Of a stretch of 64,000 bases of DNA, positions 23,491 to 37,037 are shown in pieces. The DNA comes from Mizuhopecten yessoensis (Eukaryota): assembly GCF_002113885.1 (NCBI RefSeq), contig NW_018408881.1, forward strand, positions 1 through 64,000, in the 5' to 3' direction. The stretch's first letter is position 1, and every line of letters begins with the position of its first letter. The notes under the pieces were generated by a model. It was given only the letters and a program-made list of their open reading frames with translations. It did not search any database and was not told the DNA's origin. A program made the position numbers and the translations under genes.

Positions 23491-24613
23491 CCAACTCAGT
23501 AGGATGTGGCTAGTATTTTACCAGGGTGACTGTGACAACCATATCTAATCAATTTTCCTGGACCCTTATCATAACTTAAAGGAATGCATTACTTGAGGTA
23601 TTACGCTATGGCAAGTGATATTTGGTTAGATGTAGATTTTAACGTTAATTAAAAGTTAAGTCGTGACAGATATGGGACAGAGTGAAAATAAAGAGTATGT
23701 TGTCGATGTATACAATCCCTGATCTAATTAATATGCGTAATTTTTTGAGCAATGCTTCAAATCATAACAAACTGACATCTATCAAAAGGTGTTGGTAATA
23801 TCTTGACTTAAGGAATAAATATTCGGGAGGGTTGAACTTGACCTTGTGTATCCTGTTCCATTCGCACAAACATTTATAATTTTGTTACTTAGTAATTCAT
23901 TCATCCCTGAAGACACATTTGAACTCTTCTGATTCAAAGGTTGAAATAGTTCATTATGAAATTTCAGGGGGAAATGAATTAATATAGAATTTTACATTTT
24001 TACATAATAACGAATCTTTACTTGAGGATATATCAAAAATATTAATAATCATAAAAAAATACATATATCATGAAATGTTTGCTGTGTATATGGTACATCA
24101 CGGTTTTCATGGTTGCTATGACACCACGAAAATAAACATAACAGATTTGACTGATATGCTTGACTACTGTGTGTTTATATGGGGTATCCAGGAAAGTTTT
24201 TTTACCACAAAACAATCTAAATGGTTTTAAACCACGAAAGAACAAACCCACAAACATTTTATGTTATCCAATACACTTTTTACATAAGGTATCTTTAATT
24301 GTGGATCTCTAGCGCAAAAAAAATATTTTTCGTATGAAATTATAAATTCTAGAACAAAAAATTAATTGTTGTGTAAAATTAAACATTGTTATAAACATAA
24401 ATTTATGGCAATTGACTTGCAGATCTCTCTATTCTTATCCTTCTGACAGGCATAATAAAATCTTGTATAAAAGTATCTATTTGTATAATTTTCACCTGTG
24501 AGGATCTCTCAGGTGTAAATCTAAAGACACCAGATCTGTTTTACCATTTTGACTGTAACAGTAGGATAGTAGGCACTTTGTTATGACCAGGCCTTCATGA
24601 TGTCATCTGTTTC

Positions 24614-27600
24614 TCATTGGACAATCTGGAACAAAACGTTAAGCATTCATATATCACCGTTTCAATATGTGTATAATTGAATAATATAGTCCAACAATGC
24701 ATTCACTTCAATAAAGGTTGAATCCAGGACACAAACCTTCACTATAATTAACAATTCTGCAGTAATTTAAAAGAAAACAGCACTGACAGTTGCAAGTATA
24801 TTTTCAACATAATAAACTTTATTTAACCCTTTCACCCCTATGTAACTTGAGTGAACTCTACCATGCATTAATTTGGAAGAGTTCATTATGGCCTACTGTG
24901 GTGAAAGGGTTAACATTTTATTTTTTTTACTCATTCTTGATGTTAATGTCTTGCCAAACACCAGTTTCTGTAATGGGAGTGTGGTACACATTTCAGAATA
25001 ACAAATGTTGTCAATTCTAGCACTTACGTTTGTGGTGCAAACTTATGTATCTATATTGTTATATTGTATAGCATCTATCTTGCTTCTGATCTGAAAAATG
25101 ATTTCACCTCATATGTATCTAGCAATAAGCCCATGCCTGATAATAACCCCATCCATATCTATTTCAGTTTAGTGGAAATGCCAACAAATGCTATTTAAAT
25201 GTCCTGTCAATTTGCCCACAAACACACACTTCCAGTCAGAGACAATGTGTTGGCCCCCTGGGCTTATTGCAGGATAAATACGATTCTGAAATCAACCATA
25301 TGCGGACACCTGTACACTTGTATCTATTTATAGATCAACCTACTGTGTACTGAAAATTTCACCTGACATTGCATCCTCATCAACATCATTCTGCTGTGAC
25401 ACCAGCTTACCTGAAATTCGCTTACCTTCTGTCTATCATAAACATTGCATCCTTATAAACATCGTTCTGCTGTGACATCAGCTAAGCTGAAGTTTGCTTA
25501 CCTTCTGTTTATCATAAACATTGCGTCGTCATAAACATCGTTCAGCTGTGACATCAGCTAAGCTGAAGTTTGCTTACCTTCTGTTTATCATAAACATTGC
25601 ATCGTCATAAACATCGTTCAGCTGTGACATCAGCTTAGCTGAAGTTTGCTTACCTTCTGCCTATCATAGACATTGCATCGTCATAAACATCGTTCTGGTC
25701 TGACATCAGCTTAGCTGAAATTCACTTACCTTCTGCCTATCATAAACATTGCATCGTCATAAACATCATTCTGGTGTGACATCAGCTTAGCTGAAATTCA
25801 CTTACCTTCTGTCTATCATAAACATTGCATCTTCATAAACATCATTCTGGTGTGACATCAGCTTAGCTGAAGTTCTCTTACCTTCTGTCTATCATAAACA
25901 AACATCGTTTTGGTGTGACATCAGCTTAGCTGAAGTTCTCCTACCTTCTGTCTATCATAAACAAACATCGTTCTGCTGTGACATCAGCTTACCTGAAACT
26001 CGTTGCTCATTCCCATGAGGATGTTCTTGACCTTGCTTATGTAACACAGAACATATTTTCCCGGGTATGTAGGCATATCTTTTCCCTTCCAGGTCACTGT
26101 GATATTTGGTTGGCCCTTGTCTCCTGTGTTGCTCTCTGCGTACTTGTAGCTGATGTAGTCATTGTACGTTGCAAAGTCAGTCTGGCGTCAGGGAAATAAT
26201 TTTTTTACGAATTGCTTCTATGATTAAATACACATGAAGAGGGGGAATCTCTGAACAGCGTACATGTATCCGTACGTGTAAAATTTGCTATCAACTAAAA
26301 CATCTATCAAAATTGAACCAGTGGTCTTAATATTCCTTGAAAACATTTTATGTGTGGGGTAATTATTTTATCAATAATTAGAAGTTTAATATTAATTTAG
26401 AGATGAAAATGAGGTTATAGGCAAAATATAAAGCTGAGTATTTGATCTTTTAATCCTTGCTATAGGATTTTTTTTGAAGTTGCATTGCAATAAAATTCTG
26501 ATAAAAAGGCTGAAAAACTTCATTTCTGTATAAATAAACTTCATCAGAAGCTTATAGGTTTTATAGCATTAAAATCTCTGTAGTTACCGTATTTTACCAC
26601 AAATAAGTGCCCACCCCTAGTGAAAAAACATAGACAAAAAGTAGGGAGGGGGCTTAATTGCAAGCAACCCCCCTGTTCACAAATGTCCGCCATCTTGGAT
26701 ATATACCACTGTTTTGATCTATGACCACGCATGTATTTATTATACACTGTAGTTGTTCATGTTTGCGAGAGGGGGCTTATTTGCGGTAAAATACGGTAAT
26801 CTAGAGTATCTCAGGCAAAAAACCCCATCAATATCTGTATTCCAGTTAAACATTTATCATTGACACACCCTAGACAATTGGGCTATGAAATAGAGATTTC
26901 TTATAGACCTACAGAATAATTTTATAGACCAGACCTCAACGAAGAAAATTTTCCTTATGTATATGTATTTAGTGTTGATAACATGAATTCAGAAAATACC
27001 AGGATTCAGAAAATACTAGAATTAAAAAAATACCTGTAATAATAAAGGAATTAAAATAATTTAACAGAACGCATTTTCACTAACTGCAATATATTTATCA
27101 TTGAATTATATACACCGTATGAAATATCTTCATAGACAACTTGGTTTATGAAGTGAATGATAACCATGCATAGATCTACATTTTTTTCATGGCAATTGTC
27201 TATCTGTCTACTGTTAAGTTTAACCACTAAATACCAGTGTATATTTGTAAACCTCAGACTTTGGGACAAATATTGCTCACCCTGTAGATGCCTATCCAGT
27301 CCCAGGAAGACGAGGCCAGGTCTGGGTTGGTCCTGTAGGTGTATGTAACATCCACTTCTTTACCCAGCTTCCACACGGAGGGGACCTGGATTGTCACGAC
27401 AGGTGGGTTGGGTGGATGGGGAAACACCTGATGACGGGAATTAACAACTCTATTGGTGGTTTATTACTTACTTGCTTGACCAATACAGGTTCCTGGAAAG
27501 AATAGGGCCTGTTGTATCCTACTGAATGATTGTAAGAGGCGACTAATGTGACCCCCTCCTCCCCTACAGAATTTAGGATGGTTCCTTCCATTCATTCTGT

Positions 27601-30600
27601 TTAGAGGACAATGAAGAAACCAAGAACAGACCTGCTATATCCCACTGCATGTGTATCACAAATGGCTGCAAATAAGGGGCCCCCTGCAGAATAGGGTTTT
27701 TATATTCCATGTCTTCTACTAAGACGGCATGGAGGAGACCAACATTTGATCTGCTGCCCTCCTTTCAACACTTTTTCATTTCTTATCTTTCCTGGCTACT
27801 TTTATTGTTTGTTTTTTTTGTTCTCTCTCTTTCTGGCGGTGTCTCCCTAAGACTAAGAACCCATCCTCATTTTACCCTGAATGTTGCAAGGGCATTAGAT
27901 ATTTCCCAGAACTGTAACATGGCAAATTTCCATCCAGTTTCAATTTTGTCAATTAAATGAGAGGGTTAATTCAAAATGGATCAAAAGATAGTACTATAAA
28001 TACATTACATATATAATACATATTAATACGTCTTAATAATATGTTTGCCTGTCTATCAATCAAAGTATGAAGTCTAGAGTCATACTGAAGCTATTTTGGT
28101 TAAAAAGAATGAGTGAAAGTCAACACAATCCATTTTAAAATGTTGTAGTTTTTATACATAGTCAACAATTTGAATAATTTTAAGGTGCCTCTTCTGAGCA
28201 TTTTGTTCATTTTTGTACATTGCCACTTAGTCCGAATTATTCTGACCTTTTATCGACATTTTTCATATCGGTCTGTCGTCGATTAACGTCAGAACTACGG
28301 CCCTCTATAATATGCGGGAAATATGCCACCCACACCCGGAGCGCACTTCAAACTGATATTTTATAGACAAATCGTCACTTTCACACACATGTCGCACATG
28401 GATCGAAAAAGATCTATTCTTTATGCACAAGATGAACATACATAACATGCTTCAAACAACCAATACAATCACTAAAAACATATTTTTTCAAACTTACTCT
28501 GTTTTACTCTAGTTTTTTGATAGCCCCACCTTCTAATGCCACATGACTAAAATCTCGCCGGCCTACATCATAACGTTGGGAAATACCTTCGGTAACGCGA
28601 GATCTCGTCAAGTCATGTGACATTGCTCATGGCCTAATTTCCATTAAAAACATGGGTTGGTATAGAAATCGTTGGAAAATACCTTTCGTAATGATCTTTG
28701 AAACATGTTATTGATACCACCTAGTGCATAAAGAATAGATCTTTCGATCCATGTGCGACATGTGTGTGAAAGTGACGATTTGTTTCTAAAATATCAGTTT
28801 GAAGTGCGCTTCGGGCGCAGGGCGCATATTTCCCACATATTATAGAGGGCCGGAGTTCTGACGTTAATCGACGACAGACCGATATGAAAAAAGTCGATAA
28901 AATGTCAGAATAATTCGGACTAATTGCCACTGTCCAGGCTTTCAATAGACCCTTGAGACTGAGAGTATGTTCTTTAATCCCTAAAATGAGTTTTGAATCT
29001 TGGTTTTTGAAAGGACAAGTGTGTCTGAAATCGTTAAATGCCAAGGGTTAACAGAAAGCCCCGAGTTTTACCCTCTACTTCCGTAAATACATACCGGGAA
29101 TTGAAACTCTGAGACGACAGGTTTGTGGTCACTTGTCTTGTAGGAGGGTAGAGATTTGTAGTACAACTGTTTCACACTGAGATCAAGGTTCTGGAAGGAG
29201 TCTTCATGAACCATCCACAAGATCCTATCGCACCAGGCCGGCACACGCTGCTTCTCGCTGTATGTAATGTTATCATGTAATGAAATCAGAAGCCAAATCA
29301 CATTGCATCTAAATACATGTAGTGCTATAGATGAAATGGTGCTTTGGTAACTCCAGAAAAATACCATGGAAAGTAAATATAACAAGAATGATGCCAATTT
29401 TTATCAAATTAAACAAATTCTATGCACAGATACTTTTAGACTATCATGCTGTGTTTCAGGGTTTGTTATGAGAACAAATTTCTCATTGCGAGCAGGTCGA
29501 CAAAATCGAGAAGCCATTGCAGGCTGACTCAAAAATTGGCTGTCGTATGATATGTACATATATACCTTGTGTCATAAATGTCTGTGTCCGGGTCAAATTT
29601 GTAGGTCGGGGCAAACGTGATAGGTCCCTCTTCAAAGTCAGTGAATACCAGCCCTTCTTCTTTACATCTCAGGAGCTGAAGTGAATCCCATACCACCACA
29701 AGTTAAAATTTTATTTGTTAGTAAAATATTTTTTTATGTACAAAAGTTTTATTTTCTTATACATGTTTGTATTTAAAACAGATCAATTTTATTTACATAA
29801 CAGGAGAGGCAAATGCAGGGCCAGATCAGGATATGAAGCTGGAACTCTCCAAACTCTAAACTGATGCTCTAACAGATGCAGCCACCTGGTCGCTGTTGAT
29901 TATCCAGAGTCCAGTTCTGCTACATTATTCTCTCCATTAATTGTCAAAGATCAAGTCTTCGACCCCGAAGACACACAGGACCAGGTACCACCTAGACCTT
30001 CTGTGGGTTTATTAAATTGGGTGCAAAATGTAACGGGAGAGGAGTAATACATGGCCACATCAGGATTCGAACCCTTTAGACAGACGCTCTAACCTACTCA
30101 CAGCTACCTGATTGCCAGTGATAATCCCAGTCTAGTTCCACTACATTTATTGTTACATATTTGTATACAAAAGTATGTGATAAATGTATAACACTGAAAG
30201 AATCCTCAATGAAATTTAATCAATAAAATATATAAAAATCCAAAGCACACTACTGTACTACACCAATAATCAAGTTATCTCACTTTTATCATGAATCGCA
30301 TAAATGACTAAAATTAACAGATGGCATAATGCTTGGACACTTTAATAACCAACCTGATCCTTCTTGAGTAAGGCACTGTAATTCTTAGCTTCTATATCTT
30401 TTTCAACCTCTGATCTGCTAAGGTCATCCAGGCGGAAGTTCAGGTCTCCCATCCAAAACACATAGCTGGTTATAAAATATTAATCAAATAGTTACCTTGG
30501 ATTTCTATAGAAGTTCCGTCACGGTCTTATATTACTAAATAAATTCACGTCCGTTACATTTTCTTGATTTTGGCATAATGCCATCTTCCACAGTGTTTCT

Positions 30601-33600
30601 AGAGCAAAAGTGAAGATACTGTAGCTACTTAAAATGGAAATGAACTCAAAATCGTAACATTGTTTTAAATACATAAACAAAATTAAAGTATCAAGTCTGC
30701 TTTTGGCCTGATTCAATAGCCCCAAACTTTATAGATTATTTTCCTAATATCTCAGCCACGTACAACCCTTGCTAATTAAAATTAAACACATGCTGCAGAC
30801 ATTTATTCAACCTTCCTTCAAAAGCAATCATATCATAGGATCATATAGTTTATCTGGAGTTTAATTATCATAGGTTGCCTGTGTTATTTTCATATGGAAA
30901 TCCTTAAAAATGGCCTCACTTGAGATTTCTCAAACAATTAGCCCTCAAGATTTTTCTTTGAGGTTTATACATAGTGCAGTATGCAAATGACTCAACTGTA
31001 GGAGGGTAAAGGTGTGAGGAAAGGGCTGAACAATATTTTGAGTGTCACTGGTAACTTTAAGTGAATGAACTCTAGTATCAACTTACTCATGATCTAGAAT
31101 ATTATCAACGTCCTTGTCCCGAAACTTCTGTGTGTCTAGAATGGTAAAGAAATCCTGCAATATTAAAAACAAATTATTTAAATCATGTTTCAACAAAGCA
31201 GTAAGATTTTTTTAAATAAAATTAATTCTGCTTATTTCCAACTAGGATTAATGACAACCATTTTGGTTTTCTGTTGTTTTTTTTTTACATGATTAAAAAA
31301 TTGAATTCTCTGAAACATTACGTAACTTTAGATAACATGAAGTCTGTCAGCATAGCTTAACCCGTTTCAATTTGCTCCTACAAAGATGTTAGATCAGACA
31401 ATATTTTTAGAAATACCTCGATACGCTCCATAGCATTGTTCATATGAGCTGCCAAGTGGGCGTTGACCATGATGAGGTTGACACCGTTGATATCAAACCT
31501 GGTGCTGACACCTCCTTTGTTGCCCTATATAAGAAAAAAGATGCATTATTAATTATATGAAATAATTATCAAACACCAGTACTTGTGAATTTTCAATACT
31601 TTAATAACTTATTTAGATTTTCAATTTTTTCATAATTTTTCAAACTATTTTTACATGTATGCAAGGCATATATATTCCTGTACTTCTACTGGTATGTAAA
31701 TTTCTCTCATTTCCCTGTGTGTAAGACAAAGCTGTCCAGGGTAAGAATGGGGTGTAGGAAATTTCTATCTTACACCCCATTTCCCTATGGCTCAACAATG
31801 ACGTGACATCACGAGTTTGGAAAAACTCTGCTGCCGAAATGCGGAAAAGGCGAGGTGATGAAATTAAAACCTGTGAAAGTATTTACCTTACACATTAGAA
31901 ATATGAGATTTACTTTTTTTGCGCAAATTTGTTTGCATATATGGGGTATGCTTAATCTTGCTGACACATTCGTTTTTCGTCTAAAAAGCTAAGGGAAAAA
32001 AGTTGATATTTCAAAATGGTAGCCAGTCCAATCGCATTTTTATGGTTTCTGAGCCTATTCTGGTAGTAGGAACGAGAAAACAATACTCTTTCATGCCAAA
32101 AGGTGTAGGATAGGGGAATTTGAAAACCTCTCAGGTGGAATTTTCCTATCCTTCACCCCTGGGCATGAACGAGTCTTATAGTATTGGGAACTGTTTTGCC
32201 TTTATAATAGTTTACCTCTCAACCATTTTGCACACCGTAATAATGCTAAATTCATCAAGAAGGGGAATATCAATATACATGTAGTACAGAGGTAATTATG
32301 TTTTCAATGCCTTCGCCAGGAGTCGAACCCAGGACCTCTGGCTTACTAGTCTTACACTCTACCTAATGAGGTAAAGAGAAATTCTCACTAGTCGAGTCGG
32401 CAGAAAGCGACTAGTATTTTACCAGGGTCATAGCGATTCGAAAATACTGCAATACCATGATGCCAGTTATCAATTTTCCAAGTAGGTCTTCTTGTCTGAA
32501 AAGTTAATATTTGATGTATCAAAGAGAATGCATGTGTAGCCAATAAGATGACTTACCCACCAGCCACCCATACCAGCCTTGGACCTTTCAGACTCGATGT
32601 GTTCGTAGCTCAATAGGTTCTCCCTCTTCACAAAGGCTAACGATAACAGGCCCTGCATTCTTACCACTTTCACCTGGAAGCATAATATGAATGCGCAAAT
32701 GTAGGTGATAAAAGTTTTAACTTAAATGTTTCGTGTTCCTGATTTACTCAACTCGTGAAAAAATAAATACATTTAGGAATTCTTGATATCAATGAAGCAT
32801 TGACAATTACGTACCATAAACACATTGTAGGCAAGCAATTCTCTCTTCAATTAAGTTTGATAATGAAAATATTATACCAAGAATTAAGAATTATACCAAG
32901 AATTAAGAATTATCATTTTTATGTTCATATTGCCCCCCCCCCCCCCCCCATATGTACACCTATCATTTTTACATTGTGACATATTCGCTGAAAATGAAAG
33001 TGTTAATGGACAGGTCTATTTTCAGTAACAGTCACCTTGACCTTGACTTCAAAAACTTTTAAAACCATAGTGCACATTTCTACACATCACAATGTATTTC
33101 CATGTGAAATTTCATAAAGATGAATGAGTTTTTTCTGATTCAGAGGTGATCTCTTTAGTCTTGACATGAAAGTGATTGCTATATACGACACCCACGTCTT
33201 GGATTTGGGGTCCTAATGAGGTTGGGTAGGATCTTTATTAGATCTTTATTAGATCATGAATTATTTTTTATTAGTAATATTTATCCAATATATCACCAAC
33301 GATAAATCAAAATTACATTATAATAAATAAGTGTTGAATCTGAACCCACATAAAGCATTATTTCCTAATAGAAATTATAAATAATTATTCATTTTATTTT
33401 TTAATGAAATATTTGAGCAGGCTACTTTTAATGGGTTGGTTTTGGTCTGATACTAACCCGTACATATCCTGTTTTCCCGAGAATGTTTGTTAAAGTTTTT
33501 GTCCATTTGTTGTCTTCTGCATCTGCATCACCTGTGCTCACTTCCTGTAAACTGTGAAAAAAATGAAATAATGATAACCTAGCTACTTTCACTGGTAAAT

Positions 33601-35098
33601 GTACTGACAAGAATACTCTGTCAATTTAATTCATACCAAAGTCTAGATTGACATTATAGCTGTCAAAACTCCCTCATTAGGAGGGAGACTCCCTCATTTT
33701 GACTAAAATGTACTAATCTCCCTCAAAACTCCCTCATTCAAGTCAGAACCCACACAAACTCAAAATCTACATCCTGTGGTCAAATGATCTCCTAGTTTCT
33801 GCAGATTGTCTGTAATGATCATAAAAGGTGTGTCTGAATCAAATGAATTCTTTTTGGAGTTATTTTGATACATAAAAAGTAGAAAATAAATTGAGCAAAG
33901 CAGTTTCAGTCATGTTTCTCCTTTATTGAAAATGTGGAATGACGGAGATCTTCCTCATTTGAAATGTGGAATGACGGAGATCTCCCTCATTGAAGGTTAC
34001 AGAGGTTGACACGTTTGGATTAAGTATTGTCTTATTTGAGTATAAGTACTATTCAGTTGCTGTGAACTTACACAAATAAGATTGACAATGTTGACTTATA
34101 AATACAACCTACATGAAGCTCTACACATAAAATGTTGGCATCATTATTATTTTTTAAAAGGTACATGGTATGCCAGATCATTCAAGTGACACATTTTAAC
34201 ATGAAACTGATTTGTATGACTAGATATTTTCCATTTTCTCTTTATTTTTTATTGAAACAGAGGTCATAATATTTTGTTCATGCCTCCGCAAAGAGGCATA
34301 CCCTGGACCTCTGGTTTACTTGTCTCCTGCTCTACCGAATTAACTAAACAGAAATTCTCGATAGCTGAGTCAGTAGAAAGCCGCTAGTATTTTCTAGGCC
34401 AACATATATATACTCCCCCTCCAGGAAAGAACTTGTGAGTTTTCAAGAGATCATAGCGATTCTTTTTAAAGTATATTGCTCATATTTGTCAATACTTTCG
34501 GGTCGCGGGTTCGAGCCCCATTGATGGCACTATCTTTATCACAATTCCTCTCCTATTACAGCTACATATATATATTGTAAACAGTTCAGTTTTTAAGTCC
34601 AATAGCTAATCCTCTAAGCATCCAAAGCAGGACTACAATTATCATATATAGTACAAAAATGTATATACTTACCCTATGCCATACATGTCAGGCAGCATTT
34701 TATAAGGTTTATCCAGCCCTAGGAGTTCTGTCATATCACTAGGAGGGTCAGTTGTACCAACGTTCCAGGTACACATGTACAATCTGCATATTAAACAATT
34801 ATAATTGGAAGCAGTTCATTGTACTTGTGTATGGAAAGTATTGTTAGCATACAGATTTATAAATTAAATTTGTAAATATTATAATCTTACCGAATGAAAT
34901 TAAACTAAAACGACGCTTTCTTGATTATAAACTAAAAGACACATTTATGAATGTTGAAAAGCACGTTGTTTGTTTTTAATAATTTTATTAACATGCAAGT
35001 TTAGATCAAACAAATCATCTTTGGAAATATTTTTTCTTTGCTTACCTAACTATCTTTGGTTTTGGCATGACTACACTATTTTTCGTTGAAGACGCCAT
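24614..35098 (-). CDS. INPP5K: Inositol polyphosphate 5-phosphatase K (SKIP)-like, 12 coding exons, ~427 aa
   Basis: Exons 35046-35098, 34673-34783, 33458-33551, 32557-32673, 31417-31524, 31087-31154, 30354-30465, 29566-29675, 29095-29257, 27281-27427, 25993-26181, 24614-24625. Motifs TWNV, GLQEV, GGWWGNKGGV, NAHLAAH, FWMGDLNFR, PTYKFD, RVPAWCDRIL, SDHKPV. C-terminal SKICH domain (SSWDWIGIYR...GMSNEFQI). Confidence 0.92.
24823..24913. mobile_element. Small piggyBac-like (TTAA) MITE
   Basis: ttaaccctttcacc...ggtgaaagggttaa. Related copies at ~17010-17100 and ~23895-23982. Confidence 0.6.
25365..25998. repeat. 76-bp minisatellite (~8 copies) starting at the donor of INPP5K penultimate exon
   Basis: Unit aaacattgcatcgtcataaacatcgttcagctgtgacatcagcttagctgaagtttgcttaccttctgtttatcat. 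Confidence 0.92.
28228..28922. mobile_element. Mutator-like (MULE) non-autonomous element, ~200-bp TIRs, 9-bp TSD
   Basis: tagtccgaattattctgac... / ...gtcagaataattcggacta. TSD attgccact at 28219-28227 and 28923-28931. Confidence 0.88.
29800..30145 (-). mobile_element. Two degenerate tRNA-derived repeat units
   Basis: ggattcgaaccc (reverse B-box) and gctctaac (reverse A-box), repeated twice with ggagagg flanks. Confidence 0.5.
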
Positions 35099-35388
35099 TA
35101 TTCTGTTTCTTTCGACGGAAACGCCAAATATTGCATTAGATCCTTCTGTACTTCACCGACCTCACTACACGAAGTCACAAGTTTCACATTTGTTGAACTA
35201 GATCAGCATCTGAAATACAATTTTTATGAGGCCAAAACCTGTTGCCATCAATGTAAATACACATTGATAACATACTACCATATATATTTAACAATATGCC
35301 ATTTTGCAATTTCAATTTTGTTGCTGTAATTGTATGCAAAACTTATTTAAAACAATCAAAATACTTCCTTGAGCAAGTAAAGTTAAAA

Positions 35389-35476
35389 CCGGAAGTGTGA
35401 GAAACGTTTCAGTTTCTGACGCCAAACTCGTGATGTCATCAATTGCAGTGCTCTCTTTTACTTCCGGTAGGGCAAA
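35389..35476 (+). promoter_or_regulatory. RPL6 promoter and 5'TOP non-coding exon 1 (bidirectional with INPP5K)
   Basis: ETS/GABP site CCGGAAGT at 35389-35396. Pyrimidine tract CTCTCTTTTACTTCC at 35451, then donor |GTGAGT at 35477. A 5'TOP is typical of ribosomal protein mRNAs. Confidence 0.75.
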
Positions 35477-36005
35477 GTGAGTGGATCTTTCTACTGAATC
35501 CTTAAAATAAATCCAAATATATCTGACTTGTAACGAAACATCAGAAACTCAAACTAAACTAGAAGCGTACACTCATATCTAGATTATATTGTTTCGTTAT
35601 GATATTAATCACCAATGATACGATACGTTCTAAATCATTCGAAGAACTTGTGTATTTACCCATGTGAACATGTCGACTTGTGTTGTCTGCTCGTTATTAC
35701 TAACTTATGTAGACCTCCCAACCCATGGTTGATCTTACGGGACAGATATACGAATAAACAGAGAAATCAATTTACTACATGCACTTTAAATGCTTTATAA
35801 ATTAAGCAGTAAGTTGCTTGTCAGTGGCGAAATAGTCGCAGTATCTGGAGTTTGTTTACACGTTCTAAAACCATAACTTGATTGCTACATGCGATGATTT
35901 TCAACTTGCTATTTTTATGAATGATAAAAGTAACTGGAAAATACATCACTAGGGGGAGGGGTGTGTGTGTGTAATATGTCATATACATTATAACATTATT
36001 TGATG

Positions 36006-36930
36006 TAAAGAGTGAAAGGGAAGGGCTGGCAGATATTTGGCTATACCTTGATTTAAGTCAGATGTTTTACTTAACCACTACAGTGAAACCTGTCTTTTAT
36101 ATATATATAATATGTGTCCAATGGGACATGCACACAACGTAGTATTGATCATATTATATTGGAAGTTGCAATATCTTTTTACCAATGATGTATGATAGCT
36201 AGGTTTCATGATATGTTGGAAGACTCGCATCAGATAAGACATCATTATACACTATAACATTAAGAGTGAAAGGGAGGCATCTTCACTAGCCAAGTGTTCG
36301 CTTCGTATACACCCCACTTACCCTTGGCGGATATAGCCGTGTTTACAGAGCATTCAAATATTCGTGCAGTGCCAATCGCTCGCATCCAATGAAATCGCGT
36401 CTTACGTATAGCACTGTTGACAAAGGAAAACAGTAATGGTGACGCCCTGTACGGAAGCACGTTGTCGTTTATGTCGGAGTGTTTTGACCCAAAAAAATAG
36501 GCGCATGATCTTTTGGGGAAACTTATGGTTAAATCAGTTGGTGGAAATGTTTGACTACGTGCCGCATGTAAATGATGACCTGGGAAAATATGTGTGCTGC
36601 CTTTGGATTGGTTAAAAGTTTATTGAGAGAAGAACGATAACTCTGTATATCCGCTAAGTGGCAGTGGAGGGAATTATGAAAACACTGCAATATCCGCCAA
36701 GGGAAAGTGGAGTATATATACGAAGCGAACACTTGGCTAGCGAAGATGAAGGGAGGGGGCTGGCAGATATATACCTTAACATCAAATCAGATGTGTACTT
36801 AACCACTACAGTGAAACCTGTCATATACATACATAAACGTCCAATGGGACACGCACACATTGTAGTATTGGTCATATTATATTGGAAGTTGCATATACCG
36901 ATGATGTGTTGGTAGACTCGCATCAGATAA
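36006..36930. repeat. ~255-bp local tandem duplication in RPL6 intron 1 (second copy interrupted by a MITE)
   Basis: aagagtgaaaggg...gggctggcagatat...cttaaccactacagtgaaacctgtc...agactcgcatcagataag occurs twice. Confidence 0.8.
36278..36748. mobile_element. MITE with 32-bp TIR starting CAT and 8-bp TSD (P-element-like or hAT)
   Basis: TIR catcttc(a/g)ctagccaagtgttcgcttcgtata. TSD aagggagg at 36270-36277 and 36749-36756. Confidence 0.88.
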
Positions 36931-37037
36931 GGCAGGATTTACTGTGTGTGTATTTTATAAATGTCTTCAGTTTTAGCACAAATAAAAACATACGAAATAC
37001 ATTTTGCAGCTTCAATATTGTTCTGTTCTATTTGTAG

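Noticed and set aside
13000-24600. Many 60-100 aa ORFs in the intergenic region
   Set aside because: AT-rich, low-information translations with no recognisable motifs or consistent splice structure. Several overlap repeats.
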